Of a stretch of 64,000 nt of DNA, positions 28,241 through 40,750 are shown in pieces; position 1 is the first letter of the stretch, and each line of letters begins with the position of its first letter. The position numbers were made by a program, and so were the translations under genes. Origin of the DNA: Octopus vulgaris (taxonomy: Eukaryota). Where the stretch lies: assembly GCA_951406725.2 (NCBI GenBank), contig OX597814.1, positions 102,610,001 to 102,674,000 of the forward strand, written 5' to 3'. The notes beneath the pieces were generated by a model, which had not been told where the DNA came from, ran no database searches, and was given only the letters and a program-made list of their open reading frames with translations.

Positions 28241-30320
28241 TAAATGCTAACTCTGTAGATTATTATATATTGGTGCAAATTGGTCAAAAGGCTGTCTGAT
28301 AGTTTACACGTTGAAATGGCGAGTTACAAGTCAGTAAAAAGATATTGTTATCTAAGGCAGCAACACCTTTTCTAAGCATGGAAAATTCTCAACGCTACTT
28401 CCACCCACATCTCGCTGTTAGTGGGATTATGCAATCCCATGATACGTCCGTTCCCGGATTTGTCCTTGACAGTTAGTCTTCTTAAGCACATCTGTTCTTG
28501 CTGGTATCTGTAACTGACTTGTTTTCTCCTAATATTCGCAATATACATCTACTGATAAATACTACACATGCACTTCACACAACCACCTCTCTACCCGGAT
28601 ATTCACTACGATGCTTTGTTCATACAATCCACACAACATCACATCATACTCATACAATCATACATTATTCCCTACTATTGTATGCACACAATGACATACA
28701 ACCTTACTCATACACACATATATAAACACACTCACGCATACTAAACTACACTTCCCCGCTCTTATCATACTTATTTCTCTTAGTACCCGTTCGCTCTTCC
28801 CTGTTCAGACACTACTCAGACTCTTCTCGTTTCCTTTCAACCATTCAAACATTTTCAACACTACATTGTCTTTTTTCCTTCCGGAATATCTTCTCTTCTC
28901 CCGTCTTCTAACTTGACAAAGAGCAACTGTTCGAAACGCCGACTTATTTTCCTTTCCTTTCATTATGACTTAATTGTATTGGCTTTGTACTTGTGGGTTT
29001 TTGTTTTACTTTGCTTTTGCTCGTGTCGCATACAATTAACACATTGACACTAACTCAAATAAGCTTGCCGATGCTGGATTTAATGGATTACTAATTCCTT
29101 TTTATTTTTAATTGGTTATCTATCAATGTCTATATAACACGCGAACTATTCATAGTAACAGACCAACTTTGCAAAGAATAAACTGTTGGTTGCACAAGCA
29201 ACATTGTTCAAGTCCTTTATATCTCACACAACTAAATGTATTGAGTCCAACGAAATTTATTCATATTTTTATGAGAAAAGCATCATTAAAGGCCTTATTT
29301 TTTTATCCACAACTGTTTTCTTTCATAAACTTCACTTTATTTTCTGTTAACCCGACTTACTTTTTCTCTTTTAAAGAACCCGCCGGTGAATACTAATTTT
29401 ATAGCAGTATTTTGAGCTAATTTTTTAGAAACACTTTCATCGGATTGCGTACTGTTGCGGTGATTACGCTCTCAACTCGAGTCCTCTTTGTTGCAAACAT
29501 TCAAGCCAGATCTATCTCCGATTTGAAGACATCCCATCCCTTCTCTACTACTAATCTTGAAAACCCTGTAATGGATGGTGAGCACTCTTTTCCCGAACTG
29601 TAATATTTGCAAAATGTAGTTTTTATTGTGATGAAAAGAAATGCAAAACTATTTGAAACTTTTTCAAAGGCACCTCGATTCAGTTAGCCCTCACTTAAAT
29701 CCAAAGAATACTGTAACGTTTGTCATACTCGGAAAATTCAATAGTAAACTAAACTTTATTTTAAACAGTTTACTTAACATCCCTCCAAAAAAAAAAAAAA
29801 ACAGACCCTGTGAAAGTATACGTTTATTATTAAAAAAAACCTAATTATTTAGGAAAAGCGGGATGGCCTACTGAATAAGCCGAAGAAGCTCTCCGACCGT
29901 TCAAAATATACTTTGATTTCATAATAGGATTATTTCAGTTTATTCAAGAAGGAAATAGGCAGTAATGAGTGAGCTACTTCGTAGTTACTCGACCTGATTA
30001 AAAATGACAGCCTAATCACCCTTGAAGCATATCCTACTGTCTGTCAGGATCAGATAATGCAATCTTGCATATCTTTAGAATAATGAGGTGGTCATGGCTG
30101 GAATGCATTTGCTTATAGTTATTCTGGATGTCAGTGTTGATAGGAATCTAAACGACCAAGTCTCTGCTTCTTCACAGCAAAATTGCCTGTGGCAGACTAA
30201 TGTTTTGTCCAAGTAGAAATTTTGTCTCTCATATAGTAAATGTCAGAGAAACCGATGTTGAATACTGTCTCTGTGGACACTTGCTAGTTTGAAATGACTA
30301 ACCAAGTTAAAATTACATAC

Positions 30321-30387
30321 CTTCTTGACTCCGGGTCATTTTCATTTGAAATGTCATAAATCCTTTCTCCATTGGCTTTGTTAATGG
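30321..30387 (-). CDS. Candidate internal 67-nt exon of an unidentified host gene
   Basis: Acceptor TCTTGTTTTTATTGCAG|, donor AAG|GTATGT; two open frames (PLTKPMEKGFMTFQMKMTRSQE or INKANGERIYDISNENDPESR). Confidence 0.55.
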
Positions 30388-32089
30388 CTGCAATAAAAAC
30401 AAGACAGGGAAATTAGATATAGCTGTGACACAATATATTCATTAGAACGAACATGTCCAAGTCTATTCAGCATCCAGAAGTGACGGTTTTATATCGTGTG
30501 TATTATCAACTAATCGCCAACAAAATTATAATATAAATATTAATATGAAAGGAAATTGATTCTGAACAGAACTTGCTCTGTTCTATGGTCGATAAGTTAG
30601 TTGTTTGTAGTTTCCTAAGTATTAATCTTTTACTAACAGATGTAATGTAATGTCACTGCTAGACATATGAGGAACATATACAAATTGGCAATCTATACAC
30701 TATGTACGTGTTTGACAACGACGATGATGATGGTGGTGGTGGTGGTGATGACAATAATTATGATAGCAATAGTGGTTGTAGTTTGGTGAAAAAAATGTAT
30801 TGTTTCCATGGTTACTAACTGTCGTATCATAAAATCGGTTGTGTGTGTGTGTGGGGGGGTATTGGTGTGTGTTCTGAAACAGAAAAGGAGGAAGCATAAG
30901 AGGAGAGTGAAAATACGTGTGATGAAAGAGAAAGTGAGAACTATGTCTAAAGAATATCCCTATATCTGGTAATTAAAACTGTAATTTCGAACGATAATTT
31001 GTTTGGAGAATTAATCAAGCTTAGCATTCAATCTACGTGTAAAAAATAACACTAAGAACTTGCTCTTGGTAAGCAATTCCATCCAAGATGTGTTCACCCA
31101 CATCGAAGATGATCAAACGCTGAAATCTATTTTGTCAACCTCTATCAAGTCTTAGTTCTCGTTGAACAGATAGCAAATGTTGGGTTTGAATTTCGTTCTG
31201 TCACTTAAAATTAGGAAGTTTATTAAATTGATACATTAAAGAAGGTAGTTGAGATCTTTTTTCTAGTAATAAATTATATTGCTCAAGGTTAGTGAATTTC
31301 TTCTTTCAATGCCTTATTTTCTTTCAGTTCAAGAATGACTACCATATTACAAGTCTGTGACATTTCCTGAACGAATCCAGTAAAATTCTCTCCTTGAGTA
31401 GTGGGTTCTCTTTTACGAAAATCTTTACCTCGTCTAAGCACAAATCTCTACCGTCAGTCCCAAATCTGTTTTCGGATGTACCACACTTGTCCTCCAGGAA
31501 GAAACTAAATGAAAAATTAATCTATTGAATTCTAGTAGCAACCCAAGGGATTTGTTAAATATATTCTGAATTTGTGAGTCTTCATCATCATGTTTACGAA
31601 CTGCTTATAGAAATTATTACAGATAGGATATTATTACAGATAGGACCAGAAACAATCTATACTCATGCTTTCCAGACAGGAAGAAGCACCATCGAATAGA
31701 TCGGCTGCCTCGAACGTTTAATCTAAACACCAATAGAATTCAATAGACCTTTGCAATAGACCTTTCATTGATTTCATTAAACCTTTGACTGTGTAAAATT
31801 ATCTTCCTTATAGTCACTTATTGAGATGAATCTAATAGCTCTGATAATCATCTACTAAAAGTAACATATGAAGGTTCAAAATCTTCGAAATGTTTGCATT
31901 TCATAGTCTATGAATATAGGCACAGACGTGACTGTGTGATAAGAAGTTTGCTTTCAAACCACAAGAATCCAAGTTCAGTCCCACTATGTGGTACGTTGGG
32001 CAAGTATCTTCTAATATAGCCCCGAGATGATCAAAGCCTTGTGAGTGGATCTGGTAGATGAGAACTGAAAGAAGCCCGTCCTGTATGTA

Positions 32090-33374
32090 CGAGGGACGTT
32101 CAATAAGTAATGCCTCTGATCCACTTGCAGTTGTTTGATCTAGCTGAAATTTTGCATGTGCAATCATTTATATCTCTATAGAGTAAGTGGCAAATTACAG
32201 CTCTGAATGGTTTCTGATTTACAGGTGTTTGAACCGAGTCAAGTGTGAAATGGAGCCTGTTGAGTGTCGAGCAGTGATCCGGTTTTTGTATTTGAAAGGA
32301 CGCACACCACGGGAGACTTTTGATGAAATGAAAGTAACTTATGGTGATGATGCCCCATCATATGACCTTGTAAAACGCTGGCATCGTGAATTCAAACATG
32401 GTCGGAACTCTGTGGAAACAGCTCCCAGATCTGGTCGCCCCCCTTCTGCCATTGATGAGGCATCTGTCCGTCAAGTTGAGGCTGCCATTTTGGAAGATCG
32501 ACGCATAATTATTCGCCAAATAGCCCATGAGGTCAAGATTAGTACCGGGTCTGTGTAAACTATCATTCATGACCATTTGCATATGCAAAAGGTGTCTGCC
32601 AGATGGATTCCCAGGTTGCTCACGCCTTTCCAGAAGCAAGAACGCGTCGAGTGCTCGAGGGTGAATTTGGAGATGTGCCAAGTAGATGAGTCAAAATTTT
32701 TCAAAAGACTGATTACACAGGATGAAACCTGGGTCCATCACGATGATCCAGAGACCAAAGCCCAGTCAATGCAGTGGAAGCACCGTGACTCACCCCCTCC
32801 AAAGAAGGCAAGGGTGCAGCCCTCCGCTGGCAAGGTCATGCTCACAGTCTTCTGGGACCAGGACGGAGTAGTGATGACAGATTTCCTGGCAAAGGGTACC
32901 ACAATTGCAGGAGCCTATTATGCTTCACTTTTGAGGAAATTAAGAGAAGTTATCAAAATCAAGAGGCGGGGCAAGATCAGCAAAGGCATCCTCCTCCTGC
33001 AGGACAACGCTCCGGTCCACAACTCGCTTGTCGCCAGATCAGAAGCACAGGCGTATGGCTATGAAATCCTCCCCATCCCTCCTACTTTCCTGACCTTGCA
33101 CCCTCTGATTTTCACCTCTTCCCAATCATGAAGTTGTTTTTGAAAGGAAAGCGTTTCTCAGATGATGCAGCCTTGATTTCTGAAGTCACGTTGAGGTTGG
33201 AGGACCAAGCTGGGTTCTTCTACAAAAACGGTCTCCAGAGCCGCATCAAACGATGGGAGAAATGCGTAACTCTGGGTGGTTCCTATGTAGAAAAAGACTA
33301 ATAACTATGCCAAGTTTCGTTGCTCTACTGCTATGGGAAGTGGGTCAGGGGCATTACTTATTGAACGCCCCTCG
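32090..33374 (+). mobile_element. Full-length mariner DNA transposon (~1285 bp)
   Basis: TA TSD; TIRs CGAGGGACGTTCAATAAGTAATGCC / GGCATTACTTATTGAACGCCCCTCG. Confidence 0.97.
32250..33301 (+). pseudogene. Mariner DD34D transposase, one premature stop (32556-32558) and one frameshift (~33075)
   Basis: HTH N-terminus, WIPRLL, TQDETW, LQDNA, PDLAPSDFHLF (after the shift), RWEKCV..GGSYVEKD*. Confidence 0.93.
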
Positions 33375-33892
33375 TATGTATGTATGTATGTATGTATGTA
33401 TGTAGGGTGTGTGTGTGTGTGTGTGTCCCAGACCACCGGTGATAGTTTGTTTGCATCCACATAATGTAGCAGTTCGGCATTAAGAGACCGATAGAATAAG
33501 TGCAAAATCTTTCATAGTGGTACTCCACTATGGTCGCAGTCCAATGACTGAAACAAGATAAAAGATAAAAATACCGAAAAGAGAGTAAAGCAGTGAAATA
33601 TACTTGCCCCTTTGTTGTTTCGTATTGTAATATCGACTTTGATGTACGAAATAAAGAAAGAATTATGGGAGATTGTAAACTCTGAGAATAGAAACGTGTA
33701 AGAAGAAATTAGGTTATTCCATAAGTACTTAGCGATTTCGAATTACAGCTACGCTAGCTATACAACCGATCGCCAACATCAGATTGTAAGATTGTAAGAA
33801 CGGACGAAATGCTGCTAAGCATTTTGCCCGGCGTGCTAACGGTTTTGCCAAATCACCTCTTTATCAATTATTAATATAGTAAGCGCATTTGA

Positions 33893-34095
33893 GGCGGCGA
33901 GCTGGCAGAATTGTTAGCACGCCGGGCAAAATACTTAGCGGTATTTCGTCCGACCTTACGTTCAGAGTTCAAATTCTGCTGAGGTCGACTTTGCCTTTCA
34001 TCCTTTCGGGATCGATTAAATAAGTACGAGTTGAGCATTGGGGGTCGATGTAATCGGTTTACCCCTCGTCGAAATTGCTGACCTTGAAACCAATA
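33893..34095 (+). mobile_element. tRNA-derived SINE (family A), preceded by an inverted partial copy at 33797-33860
   Basis: A box TGGCAGAATTGTTAGC; B box GAGTTCAAATTC. Confidence 0.85.
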
Positions 34096-34799
34096 TATTA
34101 CAAGTATTTATTTTGAAATCAGAATGTAAATAGATGTTTCCCTCGGTCGCTGCTTTATATAGTTTTTAGTTGTCAATCACAGGCCAATATGATCTAATAG
34201 TTTGTACCACTCTTTCGCTAATTATTTTAGATACCTATATAATTGCTAGCAGGCATAGATGTTCTCGCAGTCCTCTTACATTTTGTCCAGCGTAATACCG
34301 AGGAATTGGCAGCTGGAGGGAGAAAAAGCTGTACCAGCACTAAGCTATGCTAGCACTCAATTACAGGCTGAGTAGATTGGAAAAACGTGAAATGAAGTGC
34401 CTTGCTCAATGACTCAATGTGTTGCCCGGTCTAACCATTAAGCTACACGCCTTCACATTGCTTTGCATACAAGTAAAACTGAAATAGTGATTTGGATTGA
34501 AATGACAAAGACTGAAGATGGGCATCTAAAGGCTTTAAAAAAATTAATCTAAAGACAGTATGTTTATTGCCGTGCCATTAAGCTAAATGCTGATTTTGAT
34601 AAGGACACAACGCTTCAAATTTGGGAGAGAGTAATCAATTATATCAACCTCAGTTCATGACCGGTACTGTGTTTTATCACTCTCTTAAGTACGAAAGATG
34701 TAGTTGACCCTAGAGGAACTTGTATTCCGAACATTAAACAGTTTGTATGATGTTCTGTTTTTTCTAATTTAGGTGCTTTTAAGAGGAGTTTTCACTGGC

Positions 34800-34848
<49 letters not shown>

Positions 34849-35073
34849 GAAAGTTATTCCACATGGAATAAAATATTTAAAAAAACAGAAGTTGAAAATG
34901 TACTGGGGGTCTTTTAGACGGTATATTTTTAAAGGCTTAACCGGTTTCACAGATGTTTATGATTTTCACAAGGTGAGATAGAAAGACGTGGTTCTATGCC
35001 ACAAGACAGTTGCGGCATAGCACCAATATACCGTCTAAAAGACTTCCAGTGCATTTCCAGCTTCTTGTATGTA

Positions 35074-35161
35074 TACATACATACATGCATGCATACATAC
35101 ATACATACATACATACATACATACATACATACATACATACATACATACATGCATGCATGCA

Positions 35162-35233
<72 letters not shown>

Positions 35234-35245
35234 TGTGTGTGTGTA
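35074..35245. repeat. (TACA)n/(TGCG)n microsatellite
   Basis: Direct tandem repeats. Confidence 0.95.
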
Positions 35246-35385
35246 TATAGAGAGAGAGGTAGACATACAGATTATGATTTCGCTTAGGCACAGCGATACT
35301 AATAAATTGTTGTCAGAACTCAATAGACTTATGCTGCAAAATAAAACGTTAATCGAGTACAGAGTGTATTATGAAATAAATTAAA

Positions 35386-35610
35386 TGAATTACGTAATCA
35401 ACTTCATTAGCTTACAGCTGTTTCTACTATACGAAGCTGTGCACTCAGAGCCGAGTGCTTGTGCATCACCTCATAGCTTCCTCGGTGCCTTTAAATTGAA
35501 GAGTATGTTTATTTGGGAAAGTATTTAAATGCACAAGCACACGGTTCTGAGTGCATTGCTTCTTATCGCAGAAACAGCTGTAAGCGAATGAAGTTTATTA
35601 CGTAATTCAT
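35386..35610. repeat. Inverted repeat (~80-bp arms), Penelope-terminus-like
   Basis: TGAATTACGTAAT...CTTACAGCTGTTTCT...GTGCTTGTGCAT and its reverse complement; GAAACAGCTGTA resembles a hammerhead stem III. Confidence 0.7.
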
Positions 35611-35705
35611 GTACACTTCTTATTCCATATTTTTCGTGTGTGTGTGGGTGTTTACTTAAGTACTTAAATTTTGATAAAGTGAAAATTACCTTACGGTATC
35701 CAAAT

Positions 35706-35940
35706 AAAGGCGGCGAGCTGGCAGAAACGTTAGCACGCCGGGCGAAATGCTTAGCAGTATTTCGTCTGCCGTTACGTTCTGAGTTCAAATTCCGCCGAGG
35801 TCGACTTTACCTTTCATCCTTTCGGGGTCGATAAATTAAGTACCAGTTACGCACTGGGGTCGATGTAATCGACTTAATACCTATGTCTGTCCATGTTTGT
35901 TCCCCTCTATGTTTAGCCCCTTGTGGGTAATAAAGAAATA
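35706..35940 (+). mobile_element. Full-length tRNA-derived SINE (family A) with TSD
   Basis: A box TGGCAGAAACGTTAGC, B box GAGTTCAAATTCC; 11-bp TSD GGTATCCAAAT (35695-35705, 35941-35951). Confidence 0.92.
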
Positions 35941-36382
35941 GGTATCCAAATCTTGTTACTCAATGACCATAAATGTTGTCCAGAATAAGGGGAAAAAACT
36001 GATGTAGACGATTTCATTTAAATTCAAGGAACTGATAACATTTTAGATTAAATACTCGTTAAGGAAAATTTAATCGAGACGGCGGAAATTGATCCGCCTC
36101 ATCATCCGTGTTTTTGTGAAACGAGTGCCAGCATATTGCATGCTAATTAATCATCTTCAAACGACTTATGCTTATTTGATATCGCTATGACTCAACATCT
36201 TTGCTTAGTTTGCAACTGAACGGATTTGATGCAGATAAAAAGAGGTGTAGTGTTTCTCTTGCAATCGTTATTAAATTGATGATCAAGACTTGTTCAGTTT
36301 TTTTGTTTTTTAGTAGCAATGGAAAGAAAGACTTATATGATCATAAGCACGCACAGATATGAATGTATGTAGAATATTATCG

Positions 36383-36445
<63 letters not shown>

Positions 36446-36569
36446 ACACACATGTACACGCATACACCACACCATACTATATAATATAAATTTATATATG
36501 AAAAGAAGTTAAAAAATTTACAATATATATATAGTTAAACACGTGCGCGCGCACACACACAAACACACA

Positions 36570-37126
36570 TCAGAACCGACACCAAAATGATCGTGGCAGT
36601 GGTAATCTCAACACTCTTGTGCGCTTCTGAAACCTGGACAGCGTACCGTTGCTATCTAAAAAATGTTGGAAACGTTTCATTAAAGATGTCTTCGAAGTGT
36701 CTTGAACATCGGCTGGGAAGATAGAACAAACGTCATCGTCTTGAAAGCAGTCAAAACAACAAGTATCGAGGCTCACATCATCAAGAGTCAATTGAGATAT
36801 AGGGGGTTTGTTATTCGGATGTCCGATGACCGTTTACCAAAACAGAACTATTCTCAGCTGAAAAAGGAAAAGGAAGAAAAGAGAACAGAAGAAGAGATAC
36901 AGGGATCTGTCGAAAGCCAATTGAAAAAATGCAACATTGACTAGGAAGAAAATGCATATGACCGAAATCTCTGGAGATCCATCATCTGTGAGGGAACAAC
37001 TCGCCCAACTTGCAGAAGATCCTTCACAGCCCGAATTGGATTCATCGGCTACCTTCGCGTGCACCAACAACCCAACATGGTCTAGAACGAAGACCATCAT
37101 CCTATAGAGGGATAGCCACGCCGACG

Positions 37127-37130
<4 letters not shown>
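36570..37130 (+). mobile_element. Degraded RTE-clade 3' fragment
   Basis: ETWT, LNIGWEDRTN, RMSDDRLPKQ remnants. Confidence 0.7.
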
Positions 37131-37168
<38 letters not shown>

Positions 37169-37172
<4 letters not shown>

Positions 37173-37435
37173 AAAGGAAAAATATTAAGGCAGAATGCTA
37201 AACTGAAAGCTAATTTTAATATACATGGGTGTAAGAAAAATTAAAAAAGGAAATCAAACCAGCTCTCATTGCAAGGCAAATTTTCAAGATGAGGAGGGGG
37301 AAAAACACCTCATCTTGAAAATTTGCCTTGCAATGAAAGCCACCTTGATTTCCTTTTTTAATTTTTCTTACACCCATGTATATTAAAATTTGCTTTCAGT
37401 TTACCATTCTGCCTTAATATTTTTTTCCTTTCCTA
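37169..37435. repeat. Near-perfect palindrome (~115-bp arms) embedded in (TA)n
   Basis: TAGGAAAGGAAAAATATTAAGGCAGAATG...CAAGATGAGG / CCTCATCTTG...CCTTTCCTA. Confidence 0.9.
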
Positions 37436-37478
37436 TCATTTCTCCACGTGCGGTTAACACAAACCCACCATTTACTGA

Positions 37479-37518
<40 letters not shown>

Positions 37519-37520
<2 letters not shown>

Positions 37521-37990
37521 GTAAAACCTCGAGTATAGTCCGCCCTTGAGTATGATACACAGGGGATTTTTAGGGGGCTGTACCTCTGAAAAACCTAAAC
37601 CTTGTGTATTATACGCACCCCTTCTCTAACTTGAGTCAAGGAGGTCTATATAACGTCCTTGGTTTGTAAAAATGTATACGGTAACATCCTTTATTATTGC
37701 CTTCTTGCCTTCTTTATCTTTGGCATCTGTTTAATTTCATTTTTATTTCTTCTCCATAACCTGACATTGCTTTTGTCAACATCAAATTTTCTACCGGTGG
37801 CCCTATTACCATGGTCTTCAGCATATGATATAACTTCAAGTTTAAACATAACCGAAAAATATCTACGAGGCATTTTATGGGCATGTAATGTATAAAATGT
37901 TTTGTTGGAGATTAATGTACATGTTTAAGTCCCCGCTTATAAAAACCCCAGTAAAGACCCACAGTAGTTCAAACATTTAATACTGGTATA
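37519..37990 (-). mobile_element. Internally deleted pogo/Tc2-like transposon
   Basis: TA|CCGTAAAACCTCGAGTATAGTCC terminus; minus-strand FKLEVISYAEDHGNRATGRKFDVDKSNVRLWRR (Brinker-type HTH). Confidence 0.7.
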
Positions 37991-38549
37991 TAATTAAGTT
38001 TTTAATTAAGTTTGCCACTGACAATACAATACAAACAGCAGGATGAACTATTTAGTGCTAAACTATTAAGCACAATCCGTGCGTAATAAAACCAGCGGCA
38101 CCTAGTTGAACAAACACTTCCGCGCATGCGTAATACAATAATGGTGATGTTCTTAACTGTTATATGGGAATGTAAATATGTTTGCAAATGGTTTTGCCTT
38201 ACGATTAGGAAGTGCTAGACGCTTCTTGTGAAGCGCTGCATTTAACTTGCCCAACAGTACACATCCGAATTGAAGATCCTGTCACTTGAAAGAAGCTCAT
38301 AAAAGATAACACCCTTTCACTTCCACAAGATTTTTTTTGTGGGCACCGCCAGTTGGGAAGCATTCCGTCTTATCGTTAAAGGTGCGAAACTGAATATTAC
38401 CAATTGGTCGATAACTGATGAAGAATTACGAACCTTCTGTTTGTCTCCCGTTCGTTTTTATATTCAGTATACGCTGCTTCGTTCATTTGTTTATACATTT
38501 ATTTGTGTGTGTATATATATATATATAATATATAAATTTATATTATATA

Positions 38550-38955
38550 TCTATAATATAAATTGGACATGGCCGAGCGTTGTATTCTTTCTTGTGTTGA
38601 GGTTCACAGCCAAACGGTTGGGTGGATTCGCGTGAAAAATGCTTACAAAAATAGGGATTAATGTATAATTTCTTTCTATGTTCATAATTAAATAAATGTT
38701 TTAATGGTTAGACAGAGGTCCAATACAATAGCTCTCAGAAACAGACTACGTACAAATTCTTTCTTCACAACTCCTGAAGCTGTTTTTTTATGGGGGTGGG
38801 GTGGGGGAGAAATTTTCATACAGCTGGAGGCTCCAATCGAAACAGGGGACCTGAAATGATAAGGTTGAGAAACGCTGTTATAGATTATGCCTAACCGAAA
38901 ACGATCACAACCACATCATTCAAACAGACCGAGATAAACCGGGCTTAACTGCTAG
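38550..38955 (+). mobile_element. Non-autonomous Helitron
   Basis: A|TCTATAATATAAA start; ...CCGAGATAAACCGGGCTTAACTGCTAG|T end. Confidence 0.55.
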
Positions 38956-39243
38956 TATATATATATATATATATACATAATTTAAAATAATAAGGGTGAA
39001 AAATTGAATATTAATTTGATTAATTTCAATTTAAAACCAGTGGTCTAGCATATTAAAATCTTAAGATACAGAAAAATTATATTACATACATATAAGAGGG
39101 ATGACCACTATGTGGACATCCATTATGATTGAAGTAGATCCACTATGGTCTTACCTCTAAGAAAGGAATGTTCTCAAGAAAATTTTAGCAAACGTCAGAA
39201 TGTAAGCAAGCAAGACAAATGAAAAGAAACAAAACATAGATTA

Positions 39244-39314
39244 ATCACAAACTAGTTTTGCTATTACCACTTACGTAATTACTTACGTAATTGTCCGTAG
39301 CTCATCAGTGTGAT
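39244..39314 (-). ncRNA. Degenerate type I hammerhead ribozyme motif
   Basis: Minus strand: ATCACA-CTGATGA-GCTA...TAGC-AAAA-CTAG-TT-TGTGAT; stems I and II intact, core G12 mutated to A. Confidence 0.6.
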
Positions 39315-40750
39315 CATCTTTGCAAATATAATTTGCAGAACTATACACGAGACGTCCACATGAGATTGAACATGTATACAGTTCTACCAATTACACTTGG
39401 GGGTTATCTTTCAGAAATCCTCATTCTGGCGCACTAAAATACTAGAAATAATTCTGCAAAAAATTAATTTCTGCAGTGAATTTTGCCGGTTAGAGAACAT
39501 AATTATTTAAATTTAAATTTAAAATTAAAATTTTCTGCAGTGAATATTGAATAATAATAGATGAGTGTACAGATACAAATCACTTATGGCTGTTTCTACC
39601 ATGAAGCCTCAGAATCTTCCAAGTCATCCTCGTCACGTCAGTGATATACAGGGATGGACAAACATTGGACAGAGATTGGGTAATGGTTAAGCCTCAAGGC
39701 TTCTTCAAAGCGTACGGATGTTAGGAAACTAACATGTGGAAAATTCAGTTAGAATAATAGAGTAGGATAAACAAGATAAGATAAAGTAAAATAGGTAAAA
39801 ATAAAAATAGCGTAAGAACTTCATTTTAAGGTGTTATTATAATCCATGGCATTCCATCCTGTGGTAAGTAAGTAAAGTCACTCTCAGGAGATATATCCAT
39901 AGGCTGCAGTTTGCATCGTGTTTCCATTATGCCAAGGGAAATAATGAAGGTAGTATGCTATGTGGTGGGTTTAATGGTATGGTAAGTACATAAATTGAGT
40001 AATTACGCATACACTCGAATGTCTACACAATCATATATACATTTTAATTCCCATAGGACCACACACACATTCCAATGTTTACCCAACTATGTGAAATTTA
40101 CAGGACATGCATACATGCTACGTGTCATAAACGTAGCAAAAACAAAAAAGACAAAACAAAACAAAATTTTATTTTTCGAACTAATACAGACAAAGTGAAC
40201 AATTCATAAATTTGAAAACACCTCAAAGAACTATGCCGGAGATACATTTATCAAAAAAAAAATACAGAAGAATTCAGATCTGTTAGCCTTAAAAAGCTAT
40301 GTTATGAGCAATGTTTACATGCCGAGAACTCGGAGGCAGTGTTGTCTCAAAAACTTAACCCTAAACAAACAGATCTGTCCCATAATGTCAACGTCCAAGC
40401 TCGTCATGCCTCAATGATAACTATAGTGTGATGGAGGAAAATGACAACAAAAAAGAAGCAAAAAGGAGAAAGAAATTCAGAGACCTTACCTGTTGACCTA
40501 GGCGGGATGAGCGATCACTGTCAAGAAAAAACATGTTCTTGCACGCTGCCGTCTCTCATCGAACTGCCCGCATGTGCTTTTTGCCCATGCATGCCCCCCG
40601 TGGCTCTTCTGCCGGCCCCTGCAGTCTTCACTTCCATTTACCTTATCTGCAATCCTCTCCACCAACACCACATAGCTTATCACAACCCATAACACCACAA
40701 TAATAAAGCAAAATACAAAGCAGATCAATCATCAGCCGGAACATCAAGGA

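Larger units (their letters stand above)
31919..33570 (+). mobile_element. tRNA-derived SINE (family B) split by the mariner insertion
   Basis: 5' part 31919-32087 (GGCACAGACGTG..., GTTCAGTCCCACT, TTGGGCAAGT); 3' part 33377-33570 ending GATAAAAGATAAAA. Confidence 0.65.

Noticed and set aside
30700-30897. His-rich minus-strand ORF
   Set aside because: Explained by (GGT/GAT)n repeats; no splice support
31350-31515. Possible minus-strand exon (FFLEDKCGTSENRF...)
   Set aside because: Acceptor is plausible but no recognisable homology or frame link to the 30321-30387 exon
35709-35795. tRNA-like A/B boxes
   Set aside because: SINE head with TSD and many dispersed copies, not a tRNA gene
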